Positions 24,516 through 36,388 of a DNA stretch of 64,000 bases are shown here, piece after piece. The stretch is from Mobula hypostoma (lineage: Eukaryota). The notes under the pieces are model-generated. The model had not been told where the DNA came from and did no database searches. It worked only from the letters and a program-made list of their open reading frames with translations. The stretch's first letter is position 1. Every line of letters starts with the position of its first letter. The position numbers were made by a program, and so were the translations under genes. The stretch lies in the NCBI RefSeq assembly GCF_963921235.1, contig NC_086097.1, forward strand, positions 149,980,001-150,044,000. The letters run 5' to 3'.

Positions 24516-25189
24516 GCAATTACTTACCCGATCTGATGTAAAAGAATCTACTCTATTATTTCAAGGAGATTGTAAGTGTGTGTGTGTTCGAAGTTTGTGA
24601 CAGGGAAGTGGTGTTGTCTTGAATGCTTTACCTCTGCCAGAAAATCAATCTACATAAAAACAATCTCACCTCCCTTCTGAATCATCATCATCTCAGAAGC
24701 CAGTCTCCAGCTAATTCAATTCACCCATGTGATACCAAGAAATGGTTGAGAGCATGGGAAAAGTTATGGGAGCAAACTTCATGCCATTGTGTAACAACAA
24801 ACTTTGCTCCAGAGCTGGCTTTTCATGAACTCTATTCTAGTACAACTACAACACCCTATTTAAAAAAAAACAAGAATAATGTAAAGGACCCTGTGTCTCA
24901 TGCCCTATCAGGAGAACAATACTAAGACTGAAATAGGACATCATCACAATTGTTTTCAGTCCTTTCATTGTTCAGTGCTCCTACTAGCAAAATGTTCCAT
25001 GAGTAGCTGTTAGAATACTGGAATAGTAGTGTCACAGGTAATTTGTCATACGAAGGGGGCCATTTTGCCCTGTAACTCATTGCCACTTGGATAAGATTGT
25101 AAATTCATAGTTGTTAATTACCACCTAATGGGCAACAAACTGATGGAATCTATTGATAGCGGTGCTACCAAGTAGCACACACTCTAATA

Positions 25190-25750
25190 ACATTCATATT
25201 CAGGATTGTTTACTGTCAGTCTTCAGTACGTGAGTGTAAAGGAGAACAAAATGATGGTACTCCAAATCTGATGCAACATAATAAAACTCAATAAGCATAA
25301 AAACACGGTAAGTATAAATATACAAGCAATCCTATAAAACACAATGTATTATATGCTGTACGGAGACTGACTGTATGTACATAAAGTGATGGTAAGTGAT
25401 GTATATGTGGTGGTGATGGGGTGCATTAATAGATGGAGGGGTTGATGAACATGATGGTTTGGGGGAAGTAACTGATTTTCGAGTCTAGTGGTCTTGGTGT
25501 GGATACTTCATAGCTGCATCCCGATAAAAGTGGGACAGATAGTCCATTAGTTGGGTGGGTGGGATCCTTTATGATACTGTTGGACTTTTTCCAGCACCTT
25601 TCTGTATGTATGTTCTTGATGGTAGGTAGGCCAGTGCCGGTGATCCATTGGACAGTTTAACTAACCATTGTAGAGCCCTCTTGTCCATCGCAGTGCAGTT
25701 TCCAAACCCCACAAAGATGCAGCATGTTTGAATGTGCTCCACTATGCAAA
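25190..25750 (-). mobile_element. Rex1/Babar-type 3' fragment
   Basis: tttgggggaagtaactg, gggatcctttatgat, ccagtgccggtgat are reversed Rex1 C-terminal motifs. Confidence 0.7.
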
Positions 25751-25789
25751 TGCACCAGTACCCATGTTAGGTTTCTCCAGTACTCAATG

Positions 25790-26495
25790 TAGGATTGGGT
25801 GTTATGCAATGAACCGAGGGTGGTTAGGGAGCTTATGATAAAAGAACACTTAGGAGGCAGTGATCACAATATGATTGAGCTCAACTTGAAATTTGATAGG
25901 AAGAAAGTAATGTCTGACATAGCAGTATTTCAGCAGAGTAAAGGAAATGACAATGATATGAGAGAGGAGTTTTGGGCTCCTTATCTAAGAAAAGATGTGC
26001 TGGCATTGAAGAGGGCTCAGAGGAGGTTTCAAGGATGATTCTGGGAATGAAAGGGTTATCATTTGAGGAACGTTTGATAGCTCTGGGTCTGTACTGGCTG
26101 GAATTTAGAAGGATGAGCAGGGATCTCATTGAAACCCTTCAAATGTTGAAAGGCCTAGACAGAGTAGATGTGAAAAGGATGTTTCCCATGGCGGGGGAGT
26201 CTAGGGCAAGAGGGCACAGCCTCAGGATAGAGAGGCGTCCATTTAAAACTGAGGTGCAGAGAAATTTCTTTTGCCAGAGGGTGGTGAATTTGTGGAATTT
26301 GTTATCACAGGCAGCAGTAGAGGTCAGGTCCTTGAGTGTATTTAAGGCAGAGCATGATAGATTCTTGATTGGACATGGCATCAAAGGTTATGGGGATGAG
26401 GCTGGGGAGTGGGACTGAGGAGGGGAAAAAAGGATCAGTGATGATTGAATGGTGGAGCATACTCGATGGGCCAAATGGCCTAATGGTCTTATGGA
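25790..26495 (+). mobile_element. CR1 with large internal deletion (endonuclease end fused to RT C-terminus)
   Basis: ORF 25799 LGGSDHNMIE...MREE|FWAPYLRKDV; ORF 25972 RDLIETLQMLKGLDRVD...VVNLWN. Confidence 0.88.
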
Positions 26496-28524
26496 CCAGT
26501 TCACAGCCATGGAGAAAGGAATGAACATTTGCAAGGCAGCGAGCGAAATCAGCCCGACCTCTGGCTTCCAATCTACTGAGCTGGCATTTAAATTCTCCAA
26601 GAACTGAGTCGTGCTACAGTCCAGGACACGGATCCAGACACCCTTATACACCTGGGCTGCCCCACCCGAGGCCACTCTCAGACTCAGCAAACTGGTTCAG
26701 CGCTTGGAGTGATCCAACCTCTTCAGCATCGACTCCTCTCCAAATCACTCACTCCATCTCCAGTAGTGATATGAACTCAGTTGGTGAACCCTGCAGCTCA
26801 AACATGTTGCGCATCGCAATACCTCAGCACGGCCCATCCCCTGAAACCGCCTCACCTCTGCCTGCTTCCTTACTGTCTGTGGCAATAACTCACCGCAGTT
26901 TGTTTCATGAAAGATGTTATAAATAAAGTTTTCAGTTGATTCTCTTGCCTTATGGTTTATCAGTAAGTAGTTGCACTTCTTCAGTAGCATCATCATAATC
27001 CAGATGCATATAGTGCTGCATGTATTCAGCAGGATAGAACCTACACAGTGAATGGTGGGGCACTGAGGAGTGTGGTAGTACAAAGGGATCTGGGAATACA
27101 GGTCCATAGTTCATTGAAAGTGGTGTCACAGGTGACTCTATGACTAATAATCATCGCAAGGCTTAGCAAGACAAACTGTGGGTTTGTTATTTCTAACACT
27201 TTAGTAAAAAAAATTGAACGTCTGAGGCAAACTCTTTCACTGCAAGAGAGACTTGCAAATTAATTTTTGTGTTTAAGTGAGTTGCATCATATGTATATAG
27301 CAATATAAAATATTTTGATATGATTTTAATGGTGTATGTTTGAAAACACATTGGGAAAATAATTACCAAATATTTTTCCATGTAATCTATGCTAAAGGAC
27401 TGGTCTTGGATTCCCCCAGTCTTTTATAAATACTCACATTTCCTGCCTTACCTCTGTTTACCCACGTCAAATGTAAAATGTTACAAAGTGGAATTAATAA
27501 AACTGTTAACTCTCTTCCCCGCATCTGGTTTTTGCTTCCTCAGATGTGGCTACATTATAAACAAAAGCACACATTGTTATATACCCTAGCAGGAAATTCC
27601 CTTAAGTTTTGCAAGATAATGTCCTAGATTTAGAAGAAAAAGGGATGAATATCTAGTGCATTGCAATCATAGTAAAGATTAGCAAAAAGCCTTGTTAAAT
27701 TTGCAACTTCTAACAAAATTACATGAGCTGTTGTGACTAATGATGCAGTTGATAGACGAAGAATCATTCCCTAAAACAGGGGTGTCAAACTACCGGCCCG
27801 CGAAGGGGTCCAATCCGGCCCTCGGGGTGATTTGGGAAAGAAAATGTGTATTCACGACTATTTATTATGTATCTGTACGGCAGCCGCTCTCTCTCCCACC
27901 GCTGTCTGTGCCGCCTGCTGCGCCGGCAGCTTGTTGTGTGTACTTAGAAAACAATAGGGTGCAGTTAACCACCCGCTGTGCATAAGCACCTACCACCCCG
28001 CACTGAAGACCACTGGGGCCCCACTTACGTCGTCAGACACAGTATAAACACACAGAGTACTCAGGTACGTAACACCTGTAGCAAGGCTGAGACTGTTTGC
28101 TGCTGTGGTTCAAGATGCTTTCCAAAAAAAGTTGACATCGAAGGTCAGATATTCAATGATAATTGGAAAGATCGTTTTTTCTTCTGTGAGGTCAACGGCA
28201 AACCTGTGTGTCTGATATGCTCACAACAAGTGGCTGTGGCAAAAGAGTACAATATCAAACGACACTATGAGACGTCGCACGGAGAAAAATATGACAAATA
28301 TGCAGGACGACTCAGAACGCCAAAGGTAAATGAGCTTGAAGCAGCTCTGAAAAAACAGCAATTAGTGTTCACCAAAAGTCGAGAGACTCATGATGGAGCT
28401 GTCAAGGCCAGCTATATTATTGCCAACAAACAACAGGAATTCTGCAGATGCCGGAAATTCAAGCAACATACATCAAAGTTGCTGGTGAACGCAGCAGGCC
28501 AAGCAGCATCTATAGGAAGAGGCG

Positions 28525-28562
28525 CAGTCGACGTTTCCGGCCGAGACCCTTCGTCAGGACTA
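28525..28562 (-). ncRNA. Minimal hammerhead ribozyme motif (left arm)
   Basis: Reverse complement reads UAGUC CUGACGA A GGGUCUCGGCCG GAAA CGUC GACUG. Confidence 0.75.
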
Positions 28563-29650
28563 ACTGAAGGAAGAGTGAGTAAGGGATTAGAAAGCTAGAG
28601 GGGGAGGGGGAGATGCAAAATGATAGGAGAAGACAGGAGGGGGGGGGATAGAGCCGAGAGCTGGACAGGTGATAGGCAAAAGGGGATACGAGAGGATCAT
28701 GGGACAGGAGGTCCGGGAAGAAAGACAGGGGGGGGGGGTGACCCAGAGGATGGGCAAGAGGTATATTCAGAGGGACAGAGGGAGAAAAAGGAGAGTGAGA
28801 GAAAGAATGTGTGTATAAAAATGAGTAACAGATGGGGTACGAGGGGGAGGTGGGGCCTTAGCGGAAGTTAGAGAAGTCGATGTTCATGCCATCAGGTTGG
28901 AGGCTACCCAGACGGAATATAAGGTGTTGTTCCTCCAACCTGAGTGTGGCTTCATCTTTACAGTAGAGGAGGCCGTGGATAGACATGTCAGAATGGGAAT
29001 GGGATGTGGAATTAAAATGTGTGGCCACTGGGAGATCCTGCTTTCTCTGGCGGACAGAGCGTAGATGTTCAGCAAAGCGGTCTCCCAGTCTGTGTCGGGT
29101 CTTTTATTGGTGAGACCCGACGCAGACTGGGAGACCGCTTTGCTGAACATCTACGCTCTGTCCGCCAGAGAAAGCAGGATCTCCCAGTGGCCACACATTT
29201 TAATTCCACATCCCATTCCCATTCTGACATGTCTATCCACGGCCTCCTCTACTGTAAAGATGAAGCCACACTCAGGTTGGAGGAACAACACCTCATATTC
29301 TGTCTGGGTAGCCTCCAACCTGATGGCATGAACATTGACTTCTCTAACTTCCGCTAAGGCCCCACCTCCCCCTCGTACCCCATCTGTTACTCATTTTTAT
29401 ACACACATTCTTTCTCTCACTCTCCTTTTTCTCCCTCTGTCCCTCTGAATATACCTCTTGCCCATCCTCTGGGTCACCCCCCCCCCGTCTTTCTTCCCGG
29501 ACCTCCTGTCCCATGATCCTCTCGTATCCCCTTTTGCCTATCACCTGTCCAGCTCTCGGCTCTATCCCTCCCCCTCCTGTCTTCTCCTATCATTTTGCAT
29601 CTCCCCCTCCCCCTCCAGCTTTCTAATCCCTTACTCACTCTTCCTTCAGT

Positions 29651-29688
29651 TAGTCCTGACGAAGGGTCTCGGCCGGAAACGTCGACTG
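29651..29688 (+). ncRNA. Minimal hammerhead ribozyme motif (right arm)
   Basis: tagtc ctgacga a gggtctcggccg gaaa cgtc gactg; the stem II closing pair is a mismatch in this variant. Confidence 0.75.
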
Positions 29689-31902
29689 CGCCTCTTCCTA
29701 TAGATGCTGCTTGGCCTGCTGCGTTCACCAGCAACTTTGATGTATTATTGCCAACAAAATAGCTGCTGCGTCGAAGCCATACTCAGAGGGGGAATTCATC
29801 AAAGCATGCATGCTGACGGCGGCTGAGCTTGTGTGCCCTGAGAAGAGACAGGCTTTTGGTAATTTCAGCGTGTCAAGAAACACTGTGGCAGAGAGAATCG
29901 GGGACCATGCAGGAGATTTGAACAGTCAACTAACAGACAAAGTGAAGTCACTTATTGCCTTCTCTATTGCAATTGATGAGAGCACCAACGTGACTGATGT
30001 AGCTCAGTTGGGAATATTTATTCGTGGTGTTGATGCATCTTTGAACGTCACCAAGGGGTTTGAGGAGATGGTGCCCATGACAAACACCACAATGGCGAAT
30101 GACGTTTTCTTCAGCCTCGTCGAGGCCTTGGACAGACTGGGGGTTGACTGGACTCACGCTGTCGGTGTGGCAATGGATGTCGCACCGTCCATGGTCAGGA
30201 AAAAGGCAGGTGTTGTTGCGAAACTCAGAGAGAAAATTCAGACACAGAATCCAGAGCAGAAATTCTGCAATTTTCATTGTATTATGCACCAAGAGGCGTT
30301 ATGTAGCAGGAGCCTGAAAATGGACAATGTTATGGATGTAGTAATCAAAATGGTTAATTTTATTGGAGCCAAGGGACTCAACCATCAGCAATTTGACTCT
30401 CTTTTGTCTGAAAGTAACATTGGACACGGCCTACCCTACCACACTGAAGTCCGCTGGTTAAGCAGACGGGTTGTGCTCAAGCGTTTTTTTCAATTACGTG
30501 CGGAAATTGAACTATTCATGAATGAGAAAGGGAAGCCAGTGGCAGAGTTGGATGACCCAGACTGGCTTCATGATCTTCCATTTTTGGTGGATGTAACAGA
30601 GCACTTAAATGTGCTTAATGTTAACATGCAAGGCCGCAACAAACTTGTTATGTAATACTACGACGGCAATCGTGCCTTTCAAATTAAATTAGGTCTGTGG
30701 GAGATGCAACTATCCCGGAGCAACCCAGCTCATTTCCCCTCTTTGCAGTCTGTGCGTGTCGCTCATGGGAATAACAACATGGACAGGTACAAGGACAAAA
30801 TATCACGGCTGAAAAGTGAGTTTCAGAATCGTTTCCAGGTCTTCACTCAGCTCGAGAAGGAATTCTCACTATTCTGCTCGCCGTTTGCCGTCAACGCAGC
30901 ATCAGATGTGCCGGAGGAACTCCAAATGGAACTAATTGAAATTCAGTGTAACTCGGCTTTGAAATATAAATTTGATACTGTGGGTCTGGACTCATTCTAT
31001 AAATACCTGGGACCAATGTACCCCAAGATGACAGACTTTGCCTCAAAGATCCTTTGCATGTTCGGGACAACATATCTCTGTGAGCAGGCATTCTCCATAA
31101 TGAACATTAACAAATCCAAACTGCGCTCGTAGCTGACACACAGACATCTAAATGACATTATGAAAATCACAACTGCCCAGAAATTGGTCCCTGATGTTGA
31201 CAGGCTGGTTAAAGCCAAGAGATATCAGCTGTCTGGAAGCAGCAAGTGAAAAATGAGTGACACTGTTCAATGCACTGCAACATGTAAGCAAAATGCATTA
31301 TGAAATATTGAGTGCCATAATATTGTGATTCATTTATTTTCTGACTATTCTATTATTGTAAATGTGATCACTTCAATAAAAATTAGAGGCTAACTGTGTT
31401 CATTGTCTGAGTTTGATTGCTGGAAGCAGGCTAATAAAAATTAGGTGCAGTTGTGTAGCCTACATTTACAATTTGTTTCGTTAGTCTACATTTGTGTCTG
31501 CTAATGTTTGATTTCAAATGGTTTATTAATGGAAAGGGTGTGGCTCCCAAAACAATCTTAGCCAAAATAGCATTGTTTTTTCTCTCTCTCATCACAACTT
31601 TCTTGTAGCTTACGACTATAAGTTAATATCAATCATAAAAATAATCCTTGCTAGGCAATCTTCTTCATAAGAAATGAAATTCGTAAAGTGAAACACTTTG
31701 TAGTTATAGAAGAGACTGACACACATGAGAGCAGGTTGAAAAAACGAAGGCAACGAAAGCTGTGGGAGCATGCGCGTGTGCATTCGCACGTGCACAACGG
31801 ATCTGACCTGCATGAAGTCGCATTTTGCCTAATCCAGCCCGTGACCTAAAATGAGTTTGACACCCCTGCCCTAAAATATATCTCTGATGAGACTTTGCTC
31901 AT

Positions 31903-32144
31903 TGTTATGCTTTGTAACTGCAAAATATAAAGCTAATTGAAAGAAAAACATGGAGCTGGTAATAGCATCTCTACTTTGTTCTTTGTTTTAGTGAGGCAAG
32001 CACATAGTGGCGTAATGATGTATGCCATTCATGTACTTTTATATATAACCTGTAAAGGATTATGTAAACAAACAAAGAATGGTTAATCAAACAATATATT
32101 AACAATATTACTCAAAATATTACTGAAATATTAAATATATCACA
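31903..32144 (-). mobile_element. Solo LTR of the 23221-24515 Gypsy family
   Basis: TG...CA termini, 5-bp TSD ctcat (31898-31902, 32145-32149); homologous to both LTRs at 23.2 and 24.3 kb. Confidence 0.85.
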
Positions 32145-33014
32145 CTCATTATTTTTGTTGTTTCTTCGCTATCAAGTAAACTGTACAATCCGGTAAAAAA
32201 TAGTTTGCATAGTCATACAATAAATTTATGTATGAACAGCAAGATAAGAGTTTGCACCCTGGAGAAGAGCAGCAATCCAGGCACTAATTGTAATAAATAC
32301 TGCACAACACAAGAAACTTCAGATGCTGGAACTTGGAGTGAAGAAACAGCTGTTGGAGGAACATAGTGGATCAAGCAGCATTGGCAGGGACAAAGGGATA
32401 TAGGGTCTAAACCAGAAACATTGACTATACTGCCTCTCCAGATAGAAGTTTGTCATAAATATTGTATTTTTCCCATTTTTTTAAATCATTATTTTCAATA
32501 TTTTAAATCATTTTCTCTTCTTATAAATATATCCTAAAAATAATCCTTGTTATCTTTAAGAATGACAACTTGGTACCATGCTACTAATACAGCTAAAAAT
32601 GCATTTACAACTATGGCCATTTTTAATTTACAGGGAGCTCAAACATAAAGAATGGAAATTGACTTGAAAAAGCCTTGTTCTGATGTAAGGTTATCAACAT
32701 GAAATGTGTTCTCTGTTTCTCTTTCCACAGATGCTGACTGACCTGCAGATTATTTCCTGTAATTTTTTGCTTCAGCTTTCAAACTTCAGAATATTTCAGA
32801 GTCCCTAATTGAACCTACAAAAAAAACCCCTAATTTTCTGAGTCATAAATTGGTACAACTAGCAACAAAAAAAAATGGTGATTTTTTTTTTCATATGAGA
32901 CAAAGACAGTTCCGTAGACAGGGCCAACATTCAGCACAGTGCTTTGAAACTAGTGCAAAATGCTACAGAGCCTGATTTTGCACGTGATGTATTTTGTGAT
33001 AGAAATTCTTTAAT

Positions 33015-33360
33015 CTATTTTTCCCTTCCCATCCCCTCTTCTTCTATTAGCCACTCTGTCCTCAAATCTCTTTCACTTGCCTATTACCTCCCCTTGGTGC
33101 CCCTCCTTCTTCCCTTTCTCCTAAGGTCCACTCTCCTCTCCTATCAGATTCCTTCAACTCCATCACTTATCCTTTCCTACTCACCTGGTTTCACTTATCA
33201 CCTTCCAGCTTATCCTCTTTCCCCTCACCTTCTTATTCTGGGATCTTCCCCCTTCCTTTCCAGTCCTGACAAGAGTCTTGGCCCAAAACGTCAACTGTTT
33301 CTTCATTTCCACAGATGCTGTCTGAACTACTGAGTTCCTTCAGCATTTTGTCTGTGTTTC
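33015..33360 (+). mobile_element. Older PLE 3' UTR with decayed hammerhead
   Basis: Pyrimidine-rich UTR, then cagtcctgacaagagtcttggcccaaaacgtcaactg...agatgctg...gagttccttcagcattttg. Confidence 0.8.
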
Positions 33361-33369
33361 TTTAATCTA

Positions 33370-34480
33370 TTGTGGCCTTTATTAGGTGTGACAGTTAATG
33401 TATACAGTTTTGGTTACTCCATTAAAGTGGAAAGAGTGCAAAGAAGATTTACGAGAATGAGTATTGGAACATTAGAAAGCTTTCGACAAGAACAGGCCAT
33501 TCAGCCCAACAAAGCCTGCCAAATTCCTATTCACTTAGTGGGTTGAAATAACTATTAATTTTAGATTTGAAAGTATCTAAGGTACTACTCTCAACTACAC
33601 AACTAGGTAGTTAGTTCTATGTGTCCACAACTAGTTGTATAAAGCAATGTAAGTCTGAAATCTCCCTTTATCCTGTATCCACCTATGGCCCCGTGTCCTT
33701 GATGATGAATTTACTTTGAACTAGCAGCTGACATCCACCTTACTTATAACTTTAATTATTTTGAACACTTCAATCATGTCTCCTCTTATTCTACATTTAC
33801 TTAGGCTAAAAAGATTTAATTCTTTCTATCTTTCTTCACAGCTCATACCCTGTTACCAGAAATTGAGGGTCTGGGTTATAGGGACAGGTTCAGCAGGCCA
33901 AGGCTTAATTCCCTGGAGCTTTGGAGACTGAGGAGTGAGATCAGAGAAAGCATAGATCAGGGCAATGCACTCAGTCTTTTTTCCAAGGAAAGGGAATCGA
34001 AATCTAAAGGGCATGGACTGAATTGAACTGATTTGATTTATTATTGTTACATTACCAAAGGTACAATGAAAAACTTGTTTTATAAACCATCTGTACAGAT
34101 CATTTCATTACAACAGAGAACTGAGATAGTGCAAGGAAAAACAGTAACAGAATGCAGAACAAATTGTTACACTTGTAGAGAAATTGCAGTGCAGGCAGAC
34201 AATAAGGTGCGAGGTTTAAAGAGAGAGGGGAACACTTAAAGAAAGCCTTGGGGAGCAACTTTTTCACCCAAGGTGGTGTGTATATAGAACAAGCTGTCAT
34301 AGGAAATGGTTAAGACAATTACCTTGACAACATATAAAAGATAAAAGAGATGGGGAAGGTTTAGAGGGATATGGGTCAAATGGGGACAAGTGGGACCAGC
34401 TGAGATGGGTACCTTGGTCAGTATGAATGAGTTGGGCTGAATGGTTTGTTTTTGTAATGCATCGCTCTATGAATGCATCA
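33370..34480. mobile_element. Nested CR1/LINE 3' fragments on both strands
   Basis: gaaagagtgcaaagaagatttac (+), reversed LINE 3' end about 33465-33860, CR1 tail ...gttgggctgaatggtttgttt. Confidence 0.55.
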
Positions 34481-34580
34481 TCCTGTGACTGACAAACCCA
34501 GCACAACTCAGACCAAAATAATACGATGGAGACATTGTGCTCAATGAGGATAAGGATCAGTCTCAAATATTAACATGACA

Positions 34581-34815
34581 TGTTATATTTTGTAACTCCA
34601 GAAATTAATTGAAAGAAAAACTTGGAAGCCCGGGGATAATGTGTGTACTTCATTCTTATTTTTAGTGAGGTGCTCCAGCACATTCTACCCATGTAGACTG
34701 GAGACAGTATGGGCAGTGTGGGGTCTTTTCTGGTTTCCCTTTGGATCACCTCTGCTGTAATAGGCAGACTTTCAGTTTCCATTAGGGAGAATACTTCAAG
34801 AGGGGTGTCCTTGAC
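34581..34815 (-). mobile_element. Partial LTR and pol fragment of the 23.2-kb Gypsy family
   Basis: tgttatattttgtaactccag..aattgaaagaaaaa matches the LTR; ORF 34570 ESLPITAEVIQRETRKDPTL resembles the Gypsy RNase H-integrase linker. Confidence 0.65.
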
Positions 34816-34817
34816 CT

Positions 34818-36388
34818 TGGTGACCTTGTGATCTCTGTCTTTGAGGCTGACGTCAGAACATCTTTCAAGAGGGTGAACCCTCGTAAGGCATCAGGCCCTG
34901 ATAGTTTACCTGTTACGGCACTGAAAACCTGTGCCAACCAACTGGTGAGGGTATTTAAAGACATCTTCAATCCCTCACTGCTGCATTTGGAGTTTCCCAC
35001 CCGCTTCAAAAGGGCGACAGTCATACCAGAGCCCAAGAAAGGCAGGCTGAGCTGCCTCACTGACTGTCCCCCAGTTGCATGCATATCAACTGTGATGACA
35101 TGCTTTGACATGTTGGTTATGGCCAGAATCATCTCCTGCCTAAGCAAGGACCTGCACCCAATGCAATTGGCCTATCCCCACAATAGGTCTACAGCAGCTG
35201 CCATCTCACTGGCACTTCATTCGGCCTTAGATCACCTGGACAGTTGCAATACCTACGTTAGGCTGCTGAATGTTGATTCCTTCTCAGTGTTCAACACCAT
35301 CATACCCATAGTACTAATCACCAAGCTCCAAAATCTGAGCTTCCGTACCTCCCTCTGCAACTGGATCCTTGACATTTTTACTAGGAGAGCACAGTCAGTG
35401 TGGATTGGAAATAACATCTCCTCCTCACTGACAATCAACACTGGCACATCTCAAGGATGTGTGCTTAGCCCACTGCTCTACTCGCTCTACACCCATGTCT
35501 GTGTGACTAGCTACAGCTCAAACGCCATCCATAAATTTGCCAATGACACAACTATTGTTGGCAAAATTTCAGATGGTGACAAGAAGGTGTTCAGTGAGAT
35601 ACTGAAGATCAGCTGGCTGAGTGGTGTCCCAACAACAAATTTGCACTCAACATCAGTAAGAGAAAGAATCAATTGTGCACTTCAGGAAGGGGAAGTCGAG
35701 GGATCAGCATTGGAAGGTGTGAGCAGTTTCAAGTTCCTGGGTGACAACATCTTCGAAAATATATCCAGACCCAACCTATTGATAGAATTACAAAGAAGAC
35801 GTGAGAGCAGCTATATTTCAATAGGACTTCAGAAGACTTAGTACATCACCAACAACACTAGCAAATTTCTACAGATGTACCATGAAGAGCATTCTACCTG
35901 GTTGCATCTCCACCTAGTATGGAAGTGCCACTGCAAAGGATCGAAAAAAAGCTACAGAAGGTTGAAAAGTTAGCCAGCTCCTTCATGGGCACTAGCCTCC
36001 TCAGCATCTAGGACATCTTCAAAAGCAGATGCCTCAAAAAGGCAGCATCCATCATTAAGGACCCCCATCACCCAGGACATGCCTTCTTTTTATTGCTACC
36101 ATGAAGGAGGAGATACAGGAGCCTGAAGGCACACACTCAACGATTCAGGAACAGCTTCTTCTCCTCTGCTATCAGATTTCTGAATGGACAATGAATCAAT
36201 ATTACCTACCTCACTATTTTTTCTCTTTATTTTTGCTTTCCTTTTCTCACTACCTATTTAAGTTAATTGTTTACATGTATTTTTAATGTATTATCTAGTT
36301 TTTTATTATTATTATGTATTGCAATGTGCTGCTGCCTCAAAACAACAGATTTCGTAATATATGCCAGTGATATTAAACATCTGATTCT
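34818..36388 (+). mobile_element. Rex1/Babar LINE, 5'-truncated, RT domain largely open
   Basis: ORF 34828..35841 (337 aa): NPRKASGPD, FKRATVIP, GTSQGCVLSPLLYSLYT, KFANDT; tail gtgatattaaacatctgattct. Confidence 0.93.

Larger units (their letters stand above)
28431..29742 (-). mobile_element. Fold-back (palindromic) PLE insertion, about 635-bp arms, 16-bp TSD
   Basis: Arms 28468-29102 and 29113-29745, loop tttattggtg; TSD tattattgccaacaaa at 28415-28430 and 29743-29758; encodes GIY-YIG C-terminus (IGETRRRLGDRFAEHL...PDGMN). Confidence 0.96.
28115..31249 (+). pseudogene. hAT transposase (GTF2IRD2/EPM2AIP1-like family), disrupted
   Basis: Zn finger CLIC..KEYNIKRHYETSH; IDEST; MDVAPSM; HCIMHQEAL; VRWLS; FGTTYLCEQAFS. 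Lesions: frameshift in the A run near 28124-28130, PLE insertion, TAA 30653, TAG 31130. Confidence 0.92.
27777..31868 (+). mobile_element. hAT DNA transposon, Charlie/SPIN-Buster type, full length
   Basis: Perfect 15-bp TIRs caggggtgtcaaact (27777-27791) and agtttgacacccctg (31854-31868); 8-bp TSD ccctaaaa (27769-27776, 31869-31876). Confidence 0.96.

Noticed and set aside
27978..28598. 206-aa ORF as a novel zinc-finger gene
   Set aside because: Chimera of the hAT transposase N-terminus reading into antisense PLE sequence after 28430.
28431..29742. Assembly fold-back artefact
   Set aside because: A 16-bp TSD, in-frame resumption of the transposase and a few arm mismatches argue for a real insertion; reads are still needed to confirm.
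29810..31132. Host GTF2IRD2/EPM2AIP1/ZBED-like gene
   Set aside because: Flanked by TIRs and TSD and carries stops and an insertion; a transposon copy, not a domesticated gene.
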